Shown: piece by piece, positions 45,390-62,607 of the stretch
Layout: each line of letters opens with the position of its first letter
How positions within the stretch are numbered: the first letter of the stretch is position 1
Origin: the human T2T-CHM13v2.0 reference genome, Homo sapiens
DNA: 64,000 bases
Assembly (NCBI RefSeq): GCF_009914755.1
Contig: NC_060946.1
Reading direction: 5' to 3' (one strand)
Made by a program: the position numbers and the translations under genes
Notes under the pieces: model-generated
What the model was told of the DNA's origin: nothing
The model's database searches: none
The model's input: only the letters and a program-made list of their open reading frames with translations

Positions 45390-45678
45390 TGGCTCAGGCC
45401 TGTAACCCCAGCAAATTTGGAGGCCAAGGCAAGGGGATCACAAGGTGAAGAGATCAAGACCATCCTGGCCAATACAGTGAAAGGCTGTCACTACTAAAAA
45501 TCCAAAAAACTAGCTAGGCATGGTGGCAGCTGGTGTAGTCCCAGTGTGGTGTAGTCCCAGCTACCTGGGAGGCTGAGGGAGGACGATCGCTTGAAGCCGT
45601 GAGGCAGATGTTGCAGTGAGCAAAGATGGCGCCATTGTACTTCACCCTGTGAAACACAAGACTCTGTCTGAAAAAAAA
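45390..45678 (+). mobile_element. Alu, U19 (subtype A)
   Basis: Copy of the unit Alu. Confidence 0.93.
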
Positions 45679-47240
45679 TTATATATGGTATATACTATAT
45701 GTTATGGAATATGCTTTATATGTAATATATAACCTCATATATATTATATGTCATAATACATAATATTTATCCTATGTCATCTTATATATATTATGTATAT
45801 TACATAACGTATATAATATATAATACATATTATGCATCTTAAATATGAAAATATATAATTATTGATAACATCACATATAGTTATATATAATATGATATAT
45901 AACGTATATACTATATCATATGTGATATATAATATATATATTTTTATTACATATTATAATTTATATATATTATAATTTATATAAAGATATAATTATTTAT
46001 GTAATATAAATAATTATATATAATTATATAATGAGGTATAATATAAATAATAATATATACGATTACATATTTATGTAGTTATCTGTATAAAAACATAATT
46101 ATATATATAATTATATATATCATATAATAGACAACATACATATTATATAATGTATAATATATATTATACAATATATGATACATATATGATATGTAATATA
46201 TCATAATAGAATATATATTTTAATATTATGTATGTAACTTATATTATGTGATATATAATATATATTATGTAATATAAAATAATATAATATAATATATATT
46301 ATATTATGATATATTATGTAAAGTAAGTAATAAAATTACATATAACATAATATATAGTTATGTATAATATAACGTATAATTATATACGTTATATTTTATA
46401 TGTACATATAATATTATACAGTTATATATAATTTTGAATAGTTACATATAATGTAATATAAAACATATATAATGTATATCATAAAATATATATTTTATAC
46501 CATATATAATATGTATCATCTATTGTGTGTTATATGTCATATATTGTATATCATATATCGTATGTTATATGTTATATATATCACATTCCACATATTGTGT
46601 ATTATAAATTATATATAATATATGACATACATTACATTATATTTGATAAATTATACATTATATGTAACATAGTATATATTATATGTAACATGTATATTCT
46701 ATGGAAAATATATAATATATAACATATATTACATATAATTAATGACATAGACATATAATATATATTTAATATATGTATTATACATACAACATATTGTATA
46801 TAATATATAACATATATTACATAAAAGTCATAAAATATATTATATATTGTATGTCATATTTTACATTTACAGTTATATATTATTATATGTTATTTTATCT
46901 CATATATAACATAGAAACAATATATATTATATATAATGTATATTATATATAACATAGATATAATAGATATAATATATGTAAGGTATATTATATATTTAAT
47001 ACGTATATTAACCATATAATATATTCTATATATGAAATATAATATATCTTATATATGTCATAAAATATAACGTATATTATGTGTCATATTGTATAAATAT
47101 AATGCTTATCTATTATCAATTATTATATGACATATAATATATATAATATAAGACGCAGGATGTAAAACAATATTATATATATGTTATATGTATTATATAT
47201 ACGATACTATATATTATTATATACATAATGTATATTTATA

Positions 47241-47808
47241 TTTGTGGGTGCCCTATTCCCCATCTGATAACTTGTTGTAAGAAGCGCAGCGTAATAATGT
47301 GTGGGCTTGGGATTCTGTTTTTGAAACAAAACACTGAGCCTTCAATGACCTTTCGGTCTCTGTAAAAGCACTCCTGTCTTCCTGGCAGCTGTTGGACCTC
47401 ACAATGTGGATTGTGCCCTCACCCTGCAATGTTGATGCCCTATCGCCATGGTGACGGGATTAGGGATCTCCTGCTCTTGGTCCTAAGGGCCACTGTGTGT
47501 GCTGTGTTTTCCAAAGGTCAGAACAGATTGAACCTTTGTGGTTTTATTTTCCCTGAGTTTGATTTTCCTCATGGGGAACCTGTGTTGCTGCTTTGAACGT
47601 ATATTCATACTGGCCTTTCAAATGCCAACTCTTCATATTACTAGTTAATGCTTTCAAAATATGTTATTTAAAAAATGATCCTCAGTATTGTCCATATGCA
47701 GTTATAAATACGTTTCATGGTTATGTTTTATTCCTCAGTTTACATATTTGATTATTGTACCAAGCAGAGTACCTTTGAAATGTTTTTCCATTTAAAAAAT
47801 ATGAATCT
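47241..47808. repeat. HSATI-type segment, U20
   Basis: Copy of 1282-1849. Confidence 0.8.
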
Positions 47809-48097
47809 TGGCTCAGGCCTGTAACCCCAGCAAATTTGGAGGCCAAGGCAAGGGGATCACAAGGTGAAGAGATCAAGACCATCCTGGCCAATACAGTGAA
47901 AGGCTGTCACTACTAAAAATCCAAAAAACTAGCTAGGCATGGTGGCAGCTGGTGTAGTCCCAGTGTGGTGTAGTCCCAGCTACCTGGGAGGCTGAGGGAG
48001 GACGATCGCTTGAAGCCGTGAGGCAGATGTTGCAGTGAGCAAAGATGGCGCCATTGTACTTCACCCTGTGAAACACAAGTCTCTGTCTGAAAAAAAA
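47809..48097 (+). mobile_element. Alu, U20 (hybrid 3' end)
   Basis: Copy of the unit Alu with AAACACAAGTCTCT. Confidence 0.93.
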
Positions 48098-49654
48098 TTA
48101 TATATGGTATATACTATATGTTATGGAATATGCTTTATATGTAATATATAACCTCATATATATTATATGTCATAATACATAATATTTATCCTATGTCATC
48201 TTATATATATTATGTATATTACATAACGTATATAATATATAATACAGATTATGCATCTTAAATATGAAAATATATAATTATTGATAACATCACATATAGT
48301 TATTTATAATATGATATATAACGTATATACTATATCATATGTGATATATAATATATATATTTTTATTACATATTATAATTTATATATATTATAATTTATA
48401 TAAAGATATTATAATTTATGTAATATAAATAATTATATATAATCATATAATGAGGTATAATATAAATAATAATCTATACGATTACATATTTATGTAGTTA
48501 TCTGTATAAAAATATAATTATATATATAATTATATATATCATATAATAGACAACATACATATTGTATAATGTATAATATATATTATACAATGTATGATAC
48601 ATATATGATATTTAATATATCATAATAGAATATATATTTTAATATTATGTATGTAACGTATATTATGTGATATATAATATATATTATGTAATATAAAATA
48701 ATATAATATATTTTATAATATGATATATTATGTAAAGTAAGTAATAAAATTATATATAACATAATATATACTTATGTATAATATAACATATAATTATGTA
48801 CATTATATTTTATATGTACATATAATATTATACAGTTATATATAATTTTGAATAGTTACATATAATGTAATATAAAACATATATAATATATATCATAAAA
48901 TATATATATTATACCATATATAATATGTATCATATATTTTGTGTTATATGTCATATATCGTATATCATATATCATATGTTATATGTTATATATATCACAT
49001 TCCACATATTGTGTATTATAAATTATATATAATATATGACATACATTACATTATATTTGATAAATTATACATTATATGTAACATAGTATATATTATATGT
49101 AACATGTATATTCTATGGAAAATATATGATATATAACATATATTATATATAATTAATGACATAGACATATAATATATATTTAATATATGTATTATACATA
49201 CAACATATTGTATATAATATATAACATATATTACATAAAAGTCATAAAATATAATATATATTGTATGTCATATTTTACATTTACAGTTATATATTATTAT
49301 ATGTTATTTTATCTCATATATAACATAGAAACAATATGTATTATATATAATGTATATTATATATAACATAGATATAATAGATATAATATATGTAATGTAT
49401 ATTATATATTTAATACGTATATTAACCATATAATATATTCTATATATGAAATATAATATATCTTATATATGTCATAAAATATAACGTATATTATGTGTCA
49501 TATTGTATAAATATAATGCTTATCTATTATCAATTATTATATGACATATAATATATATATTATAAGACGCAAGATGTAAAACAATATTATATATATGTTA
49601 TATGTATCATATATACGATACTATATATGATTATATACATAATGTATATTTATA

Positions 49655-50222
49655 TTTGTGGGTGCCCTATTCCCCATCTGATAACTTGTTGTAAGAAGCG
49701 CAGCGTAATAATGTGTGGGCTTGGGATTCTGTTTTTGAAACAAAACACTGAGCCTTCAATGACCTTTCGGTCTCTGTAAAAGCACTCCTGTCTTCCTGGC
49801 AGCTGTTGGACCTCACAATGTGGATTGTGCCCTCACCCTGCAATGTTGATGCCCTATCGCCATGGTGACGGGATTAGGGATCTCCTGCTCTTGGTCCTAA
49901 GGGCCACTGTCTGTGCTGTGTTTTCCAAAGGTCAGAACAGATTGAACCTTTGTGGTTTTATTTTCCCTGAGTTTGATTTTTCTCATGGGGAACCTGTGTT
50001 GCTGCTTTGAACGTATATTCATACTGGCCTTTCAAATGCCAACTCTTCATATTACTAGTTAATGCTTTCAAAATATGTTATTTAAAAAATGATCCTCAGT
50101 ATTGTCCATATGCAGTTATAAATACGTTTCATGGTTATGTTTTATTCCTCAGTTTACATATTTGATTATTGTACCAAGCAGAGTACCTTTGAAATGTTTT
50201 TCCATTTAAAAAATATGAATCT
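49655..50222. repeat. HSATI-type segment, U21
   Basis: Copy of 1282-1849. Confidence 0.8.
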
Positions 50223-50514
<292 letters not shown>

Positions 50515-52068
50515 TTATATATGGTATATACTATATGTTATGGAATATGCTTTATATGTAATATATAACCTCATATATATTATATGTCATAATACATAAT
50601 ATTTATCCTATGTCATCTTATATATTATGTATATTACATAACGTATATAATATATAATACAGATTATGCATCTTAAATATGAAAATATATAATTATTGAT
50701 AACATAACATATAGTTATATATAATATGATATATAACGTATATACTATATCATATGTGATATATAATATATATATTTTTATTACATATTATAATTTATAT
50801 ATATTATAATTTATATAAAGATATAATTATTTATGTAATATAAATAATAATATATAATTATATAATGAGGTATAATATAAATAATAATATATACGATTAC
50901 ATATTTATGTAGTTATCTGTATAAAAACATAATTATATATATAATTATATATATCATATATTAGACAACATACATATTATATAATGTATAATATATATTA
51001 TACAATATATGATACATATATGATATGTAATATATCATAATAGAATATATATTTTAATATTATGTATGTAACATATATTATGTGATATATAATATATATA
51101 ATGTAATATAAAATAATATAATATAAAATATATTATATTATGATATATTATGTAAAGTAAGTAATAAAATTACATATAACATAATATATAGTTATGTATA
51201 ATATAACGTATAATTATATACGTTATATTTTATATGTACATATAATATTATACAGTTATATATAATTTTGAATAGTTACATATAATGTAATATAAAACAT
51301 ATATAATATATATCATAAAATATATATTTTATACCATATATAATATGTATCATATATTGTGTGTTATATGTCATATATTGTATATCATATATCGTATGTT
51401 ATATGTCATATATATCACATTCCACATATTGTGTATTATAAATTATATATAATATATGACATACATTACATTATATTTGATAAATTATACATTATATGTA
51501 ACATAGTATATATTATATGTAACATGTATATTCTACGGAAAATATATAATATATAACATATATTACATATAATTAATGACATAGACATATAATATATATT
51601 TAATATATGTATTATACATACAACATATTGTATATAATATATAACATATATTACATAAAAGTCATAAAATATATATTGTATGTCATATTTTACATTTACA
51701 GTTATATATTATTATATGTTATTTTATCTCATATATAACATAGAAACATTATATATTATATATAATGTATATTATATATAACATAGATATAATAGATTAA
51801 TATGTGTAAGGTATATTATATATTTAATACGTATATTAAACATATAATATATTCTATATATGAAATATAATATATCTTATATGTGTCATAAAATATAACG
51901 TATAATATGTGTCATATTGTATAAATATAATGCTTATCTATTATCAATTATTATATGACATATAATATATATAATATAAGACGCAGGATGTAAAACAATA
52001 TTATATATATGTTATATGTATTATATATACGATACTATATATTATTATATACATAATGTATATTTATA

Positions 52069-52636
52069 TTTGTGGGTGCCCTATTCCCCATCTGATAACT
52101 TGTTGTAAGAAGCGCAGCGTAATAATGTGTGGGCTTGGGATTCTGTTTTTGAAACAAAACACTGAGCCTTCAATGACCTTTCGGTCTCTGTAAAAGCACT
52201 CCTGTCTTCCTGGCAGCTGTTGGACCTCACAATGTGGATTGTGCCCTCACCCTGCAATGTTGATGCCCTATCGCCATGGTGACGGGATTAGGGATCTCCT
52301 GCTCTTGGTCCTAAGGGCCACTGTCTGTGCTGTGTTTTCCAAAGGTCAGAACAGATTGAACCTTTGTGGTTTTATTTTCCCTGAGTTTGATTTTTCTCAT
52401 GGGGAACCTGTGTTGCTGCTTTGAACGTATATTCATACTGGCCTTTCAAATGCCAACTCTTCATATTACTAGTTAATGCTTTCAAAATATGTTATTTAAA
52501 AAATGATCCTCAGTATTGTCCATATGCAGTTATAAATACGTTTCATGGTTATGTTTTATTCCTCAGTTTACATATTTGATTATTGTACCAAGCAGAGTAC
52601 CTTTGAAATGTTTTTCCATTTAAAAAATATGAATCT
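52069..52636. repeat. HSATI-type segment, U22
   Basis: Copy of 1282-1849. Confidence 0.8.
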
Positions 52637-52928
<292 letters not shown>

Positions 52929-54490
52929 TTATATATGGTATATACTATATGTTATGGAATATGCTTTATATGTAATATATAACCTCATATATATTATATG
53001 TCATAATACATAATATTTATCCTATGTCATCTTATATATATTAAGTATATTACATAACGTATATAATATATAATACATATTATGCATCTTAAATATGAAA
53101 ATATATAATTATTGATAACATAACATATAGTTATATATAATATGATATATAACGTATATACTATATCATATGTGATATGTAATGTATATATTTTTATTAC
53201 ATATTATAATTTATATATATTATAATTTATATAAAGATATAATTATTTATGTAATATAAATAATTATATGCAATTATATAATGAGGTATAATATAAATAA
53301 TAATATATACGATTACATATTTATGTAGTTATCTGTATAAAAATATAATTATATATATAATTATATATATCATATCATAGACAACATACATATTATATAA
53401 TGTATAATATATAATATACAATATATGATACATATATGAAATTTAATATATCATAATAGAATATATATTTTAATATTATGTATATAACATATATTATGTG
53501 ATATATAATATATATTATGTAATACAAAATAATATAATATAATATATATTATATTATGATATATTATGTAAAGTAAGTAATAAAATTACATATAACATAA
53601 TATATAGTTATGTATAATATAACGTATAATTATATACGTTATATTTTATATGTACATATAATATTATACAGTTATATATAATTTTGAATAGTTACATATA
53701 ATGTAATATAAAACATATATAATATATATCATAAAATATATATTTTATACCATATATAATATGTATCATATATTGTGTGTTATATGTCATATATTGTATA
53801 TCATATATCATATGTTATATGTTATATATATCACATTCCACATATTGTGTATTATAAATTATATATAATATATGACATACATTACATTATATTTGATAAA
53901 TTATACATTATATGTAACATAGTATATATTATATGTAACATGTATATTCTATGGAAAATATATAATATATAACATATATTACATATAATTAATGACATAG
54001 ACATATAATATATATTTAATATATGTATTATACATACAACATATTGTATATAATATATAACATATATTACATAAAAGTCATAAAATATAATATATATTGT
54101 ATGTCATATTTTAGATTTACAGTTATATATTATTATATGTTATTTTATCTCATATATAACATAGAAACAATATATATTATATATAATGTATATTATATAT
54201 AACATAGATATAATAGATATAATATATGTAATGTATATTATATATTTAATACGTATATTAACCATATAATATATTCTATATATGAAATATAATATACCTT
54301 TTATATGTCATAAAATATAACGTATATTATGTGTCATATTGTATAAATATAATGCTTATCTATTATCAATTATTATATGACATAAAATATATATAATATA
54401 AGACGCAGGATGTAAAACAATATTATATATATGTTATATGTATTATATATACGATACTATATATTATTATATACATAATGTATATTTATA

Positions 54491-55058
54491 TTTGTGGGTG
54501 CCCTATTCCCCATCTGATAACTTGTTGTAAGAAGCGCAGCGTAATAATGTGTGGGCTTGGGATTCTGTTTTTGAAACAAAACACTGAGCCTTCAATGACT
54601 TTTCGGTCTGTGTAAAAGCACTCCTGTCTTCCTGGCAGCTGTTGGACCTCACAATGTGGATTGTGCCCTCACCCTGCAATATTGATGCCCTATCGCCATG
54701 GTGACGGGATTAGGGATCTCCTGCTCTTGGTCCTAAGGGCCACTGTGTGTGCTGTGTTTTCCAAAGGTCAGAACAGATTGAACCTTTGTGGTTTTATTTT
54801 CCCTGAGTTTGATTTTTCTCATGGGGAACCTGTGTTGCTGCTTTGAACATATATTCATACTGGCCTTTCAAATGCCAACTCTTCATATTACTAGTTAATG
54901 CTTTCAAAATATGTTATTTAAAAAATGATCCTCAGTATTGTCCATATGCAGTTATAAATACGTTTCATGGTTATGTTTTATTCCTCAGTTTACATATTTG
55001 ATTATTGTACCAAGCAGAGTACCTTTGAAATGTTTTTCCATTTAAAAAATATGAATCT
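54491..55058. repeat. HSATI-type segment, U23
   Basis: Copy of 1282-1849. Confidence 0.8.
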
Positions 55059-55350
<292 letters not shown>

Positions 55351-56912
55351 TTATATATGGTATATACTATATGTTATGGAATATGCTTTATATGTAATAT
55401 ATAACCTCATATATATTATATGTCATAATACATAATATTTATCCTATGTCATCTTATATATATTATGTATATTACATAACGTATATAATATATAATACAT
55501 ATTATGCATCTTAAATATGAAAATATATAATTATTGATAACATCACATATAGTTATATATAATATGATATATAACGTATATACTATATCATATGTGATAT
55601 ATAATATATATATTTTTATTACATATTATAATTTATATATATTATAATTTATATAAAGATATAATTATTTATGTAATATAAATAATTATATATAATTATA
55701 TAATGAGGTATAATATAAATAATAATATATACGATTACATATTTATGTAGTTATCTGTATAAAAACATAATTATATATATAATTATATATATCATATAAT
55801 AGACAACATACATATTATATAATGTATAATATATATTATACAATATATGATACATATATGATATGTAATATATCATAATAGAATATATATTTTAATATTA
55901 TGTATGTAACTTATATTATGTGATATATAATATATATTATGTAATATAAAATAATATAATATAATATATATTATATTATGATATATTATGTAAAGTAAGT
56001 AATAAAATTACATATAACATAATATATAGTTATGTATAATATAACGTATAATTATATACGTTATATTTTATATGTACATATAATATTATACAGTTATATA
56101 TAATTTTGAATAGTTACATATAATGTAATATAAAACATATATAATGTATATCATAAAATATATATTTTATACCATATATAATATGTATCATATATTGTGT
56201 GTTATATGTCATATATTGTATATCATATATCGTATGTTATATGTTATATATATCACATTCCACATATTGTGTATTATAAATTATATATAATATATGACAT
56301 ACATTACATTATATTTGATAAATTATACATTATATGTAACATAGTATATATTATATGTAACATGTATATTCTATGGAAAATATATAAAATATAACATATA
56401 TTACATATAATTAATGACATAGACATATAATATATATTTAATATATGTATTATACATACAACATATTGTATATAATATATAACATATATTACATAAAAGT
56501 CATAAAATATATTATATATTGTATGTCATATTTTACATTTACAGTTATATATTATTATATGTTATTTTATCTCATATATAACATAGAAACAATATATATT
56601 ATATATAATGTATATTATATATAACATAGATATAATAGATATAATATATGTAAGGTATATTATATATTTAATACGTATATTAACCATATAATATATTCTA
56701 TATATGAAATATAATATATCTTATATATGTCATAAAATATAACGTATATTATGTGTCATATTGTATAAATATAATGCTTATCTATTATCAATTATTATAT
56801 GACATATAATATATATAATATAAGACGCAGGATGTAAAACAATATTATATATATGTTATATGTATTATATATACGATACTATATATTATTATATACATAA
56901 TGTATATTTATA

Positions 56913-57480
56913 TTTGTGGGTGCCCTATTCCCCATCTGATAACTTGTTGTAAGAAGCGCAGCGTAATAATGTGTGGGCTTGGGATTCTGTTTTTGAAACA
57001 AAACACTGAGCCTTCAATGACCTTTCGGTCTCTGTAAAAGCACTCCTGTCTTCCTGGCAGCTGTTGGACCTCACAATGTGGATTGTGCCCTCACCCTGCA
57101 ATGTTGATGCCCTATCGCCATGGTGACGGGATTAGGGATCTCCTGCTCTTGGTCCTAAGGGCCACTGTGTGTGCTGTGTTTTCCAAAGGTCACAACAGAT
57201 TGAACCTTTGTGGTTTTATTTTCCCTGAGTTTGATTTTCCTCATGGGGAACCTGTGTTGCTGCTTTGAACGTATATTCATACTGGCCTTTCAAATGCCAA
57301 CTCTTCATATTACTAGTTAATGCTTTCAAAATATGTTATTTAAAAAATGATCCTCAGTATTGTCCATATGCAGTTATAAATACGTTTCATGGTTATGTTT
57401 TATTCCTCAGTTTACATATTTGATTATTGTACCAAGCAGAGTACCTTTGAAATGTTTTTCCATTTAAAAAATATGAATCT
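56913..57480. repeat. HSATI-type segment, U24
   Basis: Copy of 1282-1849. Confidence 0.8.
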
Positions 57481-57769
57481 TGGCTCAGGCCTGTAACCCC
57501 AGCAAATTTGGAGGCCAAGGCAAGGGGATCACAAGGTGAAGAGATCAAGACCATCCTGGCCAATACAGTGAAAGGCTGTCACTACTAAAAATCCAAAAAA
57601 CTAGCTAGGCATGGTGGCAGCTGGTGTAGTCCCAGTGTGGTGTAGTCCCAGCTACCTGGGAGGCTGAGGGAGGACGATCGCTTGAAGCCGTGAGGCAGAT
57701 GTTGCAGTGAGCAAAGATGGCGCCATTGTACTTCACCCTGTGAAACACAAGACTCTGTCTGAAAAAAAA
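57481..57769 (+). mobile_element. Alu, U24 (subtype A)
   Basis: Copy of the unit Alu. Confidence 0.93.
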
Positions 57770-59331
57770 TTATATATGGTATATACTATATGTTATGGAA
57801 TATGCTTTATATGTAATATATAACCTCATATATATTATATGTCATAATACATAATATTTATCCTATGTCATCTTATATATATTATGTATATTACATAACG
57901 TATATAATATATAATACATATTATGCATCTTAAATATGAAAATATATAATTATTGATAACATCACATATAGTTATATATAATATGATATATAACGTATAT
58001 ACTATATCATATGTGATATATAATATATATATTTTTATTACATATTATAATTTATATATATTATAATTTATATAAAGATATAATTATTTATGTAATATAA
58101 ATAATTATATATAATTATATAATGAGGTATAATATAAATAATAATATATACGATTACATATTTATGTAGTTATCTGTATAAAAACATAATTATATATATA
58201 ATTATATATATCATATAATAGACAACATACATATTATATAATGTATAATATATATTATACAATATATGATACATATATGATATGTAATATATCATAATAG
58301 AATATATATTTTAATATTATGTATGTAACTTATATTATGTGATATATAATATATATTATGTAATATAAAATAATATAATATAATATATATTATATTATGA
58401 TATATTATGTAAAGTAAGTAATAAAATTACATATAACATAATATATAGTTATGTATAATATAACGTATAATTATATACGTTATATTTTATATGTACATAT
58501 AATATTATACAGTTATATATAATTTTGAATAGTTACATATAATGTAATATAAAACATATATAATGTATATCATAAAATATATATTTTATACCATATATAA
58601 TATGTATCATCTATTGTGTGTTATATGTCATATATTGTATATCATATATCGTATGTTATATGTTATATATATCACATTCCACATATTGTGTATTATAAAT
58701 TATATATAATATATGACATACATTACATTATATTTGATAAATTATACATTATATGTAACATAGTATATATTATATGTAACATGTATATTCTACGGAAAAT
58801 ATATAATATATAACATATATTACATATAATTAATGACATAGACATATAATATATATTTAATATATGTATTATACATACAACATATTGTATATAATATATA
58901 ACATATATTACATAAAAGTCATAAAATATATTATATATTGTATGTCATATTTTACATTTACAGTTATATATTATTATATGTTATTTTATCTCATATATAA
59001 CATAGAAACAATATATATTATATATAATGTATATTATATATAACATAGATATAATAGATATAATATATGTAAGGTATATTATATATTTAATACGTATATT
59101 AACCATATAATATATTCTATATATGAAATATAATATATCTTATATATGTCATAAAATATAACGTATATTATGTGTCATATTGTATAAATATAATGCTTAT
59201 CTATTATCAATTATTATATGACATATAATATATATAATATAAGACGCAGGATGTAAAACAATATTATATATATGTTATATGTATTATATATACGATACTA
59301 TATATTATTATATACATAATGTATATTTATA

Positions 59332-59899
59332 TTTGTGGGTGCCCTATTCCCCATCTGATAACTTGTTGTAAGAAGCGCAGCGTAATAATGTGTGGGCTTG
59401 GGATTCTGTTTTTGAAACAAAACACTGAGCCTTCAATGACCTTTCGGTCTCTGTAAAAGCACTCCTGTCTTCCTGGCAGCTGTTGGACCTCACAATGTGG
59501 ATTGTGCCCTCACCCTGCAATGTTGATGCCCTATCGCCATGGTGACGGGATTAGGGATCTCCTGCTCTTGGTCCTAAGGGCCACTGTGTGTGCTGTGTTT
59601 TCCAAAGGTCAGAACAGATTGAACCTTTGTGGTTTTATTTTCCCTGAGTTTGATTTTCCTCATGGGGAACCTGTGTTGCTGCTTTGAACGTATATTCATA
59701 CTGGCCTTTCAAATGCCAACTCTTCATATTACTACTTAATGCTTTCAAAATATGTTATTTAAAAAATGATCCTCAGTATTGTCCATATGCAGTTATAAAT
59801 ACGTTTCATGGTTATGTTTTATTCCTCAGTTTACATATTTGATTATTGTACCAAGCAGAGTACCTTTGAAATGTTTTTCCATTTAAAAAATATGAATCT
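59332..59899. repeat. HSATI-type segment, U25
   Basis: Copy of 1282-1849. Confidence 0.8.
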
Positions 59900-60188
59900 T
59901 GGCTCAGGCCTGTAACCCCAGCAAATTTGGAGGCCAAGGCAAGGGGATCACAAGGTGAAGAGATCAAGACCATCCTGGCCAATACAGTGAAAGGCTGTCA
60001 CTACTAAAAATCCAAAAAACTAGCTAGGCATGGTGGCAGCTGGTGTAGTCCCAGTGTGGTGTAGTCCCAGCTACCTGGGAGGCTGAGGGAGGACGATCGC
60101 TTGAAGCCGTGAGGCAGATGTTGCAGTGAGCAAAGATGGCGCCATTGTACTTCACCCTGTGAAACACAAGACTCTGTCTGAAAAAAAA
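59900..60188 (+). mobile_element. Alu, U25 (subtype A)
   Basis: Copy of the unit Alu. Confidence 0.93.
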
Positions 60189-61750
60189 TTATATATGGTA
60201 TATACTATATGTTATGGAATATGCTTTATATGTAATATATAACCTCATATATATTATATGTCATAATACATAATATTTATCCTATGTCATCTTATATATA
60301 TTATGTATATTACATAACGTATATAATATATAATACATATTATGCATCTTAAATATGAAAATATATAATTATTGATAACATCACATATAGTTATATATAA
60401 TATGATATATAACGTATATACTATATCATATGTGATATATAATATATATATTTTTATTACATATTATAATTTATATATATTATAATTTATATAAAGATAT
60501 AATTATTTATGTAATATAAATAATTATATATAATTATATAATGAGGTATAATATAAATAATAATATATACGATTACATATTTATGTAGTTATCTGTATAA
60601 AAACATAATTATATATATAATTATATATATCATATAATAGACAACATACATATTATATAATGTATAATATATATTATACAATATATGATACATATATGAT
60701 ATGTAATATATCATAATAGAATATATATTTTAATATTATGTATGTAACTTATATTATGTGATATATAATATATATTATGTAATATAAAATAATATAATAT
60801 AATATATATTATATTATGATATATTATGTAAAGTAAGTAATAAAATTACATACAACATAATATATAGTTATGTATAATATAACGTATAATTATATACGTT
60901 ATATTTTATATGTACATATAATATTATACAGTTATATATAATTTTGAATAGTTACATATAATGTAATATAAAACATATATAATGTATATCATAAAATATA
61001 TATTTTATACCATATATAATATGTATCATCTATTGTGTGTTATATGTCATATATTGTATATCATATATCGTATGTTATATGTTATATATATCACATTCCA
61101 CATATTGTGTATTATAAATTATATATAATATATGACATACATTACATTATATTTGATAAATTATACATTATATGTAACATAGTATATATTATATGTAACA
61201 TGTATATTCTATGGAAAATATATAATATATAACATATATTACATATAATTAATGACATAGACATATAATATATATTTAATATATGTATTATACATACAAC
61301 ATATTGTATATAATATATAACATATATTACATAAAAGTCATAAAATATATTATATATTGTATGTCATATTTTACATTTACAGTTATATATTATTATATGT
61401 TATTTTATCTCATATATAACATAGAAACAATATATATTATATATAATGTATATTATATATAACATAGATATAATAGATATAATATATGTAAGGTATATTA
61501 TATATTTAATACGTATATTAACCATATAATATATTCTATATATGAAATATAATATATCTTATATATGTCATAAAATATAACGTATATTATGTGTCATATT
61601 GTATAAATATAATGCTTATCTATTATCAATTATTATATGACATATAATATATATAATATAAGACGCAGGATGTAAAACAATATTATATATATGTTATATG
61701 TATTATATATACGATACTATATATTATTATATACATAATGTATATTTATA

Positions 61751-62318
61751 TTTGTGGGTGCCCTATTCCCCATCTGATAACTTGTTGTAAGAAGCGCAGC
61801 GTAATAATGTGTGGGCTTGGGATTCTGTTTTTGAAACAAAACACTGAGCCTTCAATGACCTTTCGGTCTCTGTAAAAGCACTCCTGTCTTCCTGGCAGCT
61901 GTTGGACCTCACAATGTGGATTGTGCCCTCACCCTGCAATGTTGATGCCCTATCGCCATGGTGACGGGATTAGGGATCTCCTGCTCTTGGTCCTAAGGGC
62001 CACTGTGTGTGCTGTGTTTTCCAAAGGTCAGAACAGATTGAACCTTTGTGGTTTTATTTTCCCTGAGTTTGATTTTCCTCATGGGGAACCTGTGTTGCTG
62101 CTTTGAACGTATATTCATACTGGCCTTTCAAATGCCAACTCTTCATATTACTAGTTAATGCTTTCAAAATATGTTATTTAAAAAATGATCCTCAGTATTG
62201 TCCATATGCAGTTATAAATACGTTTCATGGTTATGTTTTATTCCTCAGTTTACATATTTGATTATTGTACCAAGCAGAGTACCTTTGAAATGTTTTTCCA
62301 TTTAAAAAATATGAATCT
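61751..62318. repeat. HSATI-type segment, U26
   Basis: Copy of 1282-1849. Confidence 0.8.
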
Positions 62319-62607
62319 TGGCTCAGGCCTGTAACCCCAGCAAATTTGGAGGCCAAGGCAAGGGGATCACAAGTTGAAGAGATCAAGACCATCCTGGCCA
62401 ATACAGTGAAAGGCTGTCACTACTAAAAATCCAAAAAACTAGCTAGGCATGGTGGCAGCTGGTGTAGTCCCAGTGTGGTGTAGTCCCAGCTACCTGGGAG
62501 GCTGAGGGAGGACGATCGCTTGAAGCCGTGAGGCAGATGTTGCAGTGAGCAAAGATGGCGCCATTGTACTTCACCCTGTGAAACACAAGTCTCTGTCTGA
62601 AAAAAAA
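62319..62607 (+). mobile_element. Alu, U26 (hybrid 3' end)
   Basis: Copy of the unit Alu with AAACACAAGTCTCT, as in U20. Confidence 0.93.

Noticed and set aside
48071-48085. Precise A/B crossover inside the Alu 3' end (AAACACAAG + TCTCT)
   Set aside because: Downstream alleles are a mix of A, B and private states, so a separate D lineage or a recurrent SNP explains it equally well. It cannot be called a breakpoint.
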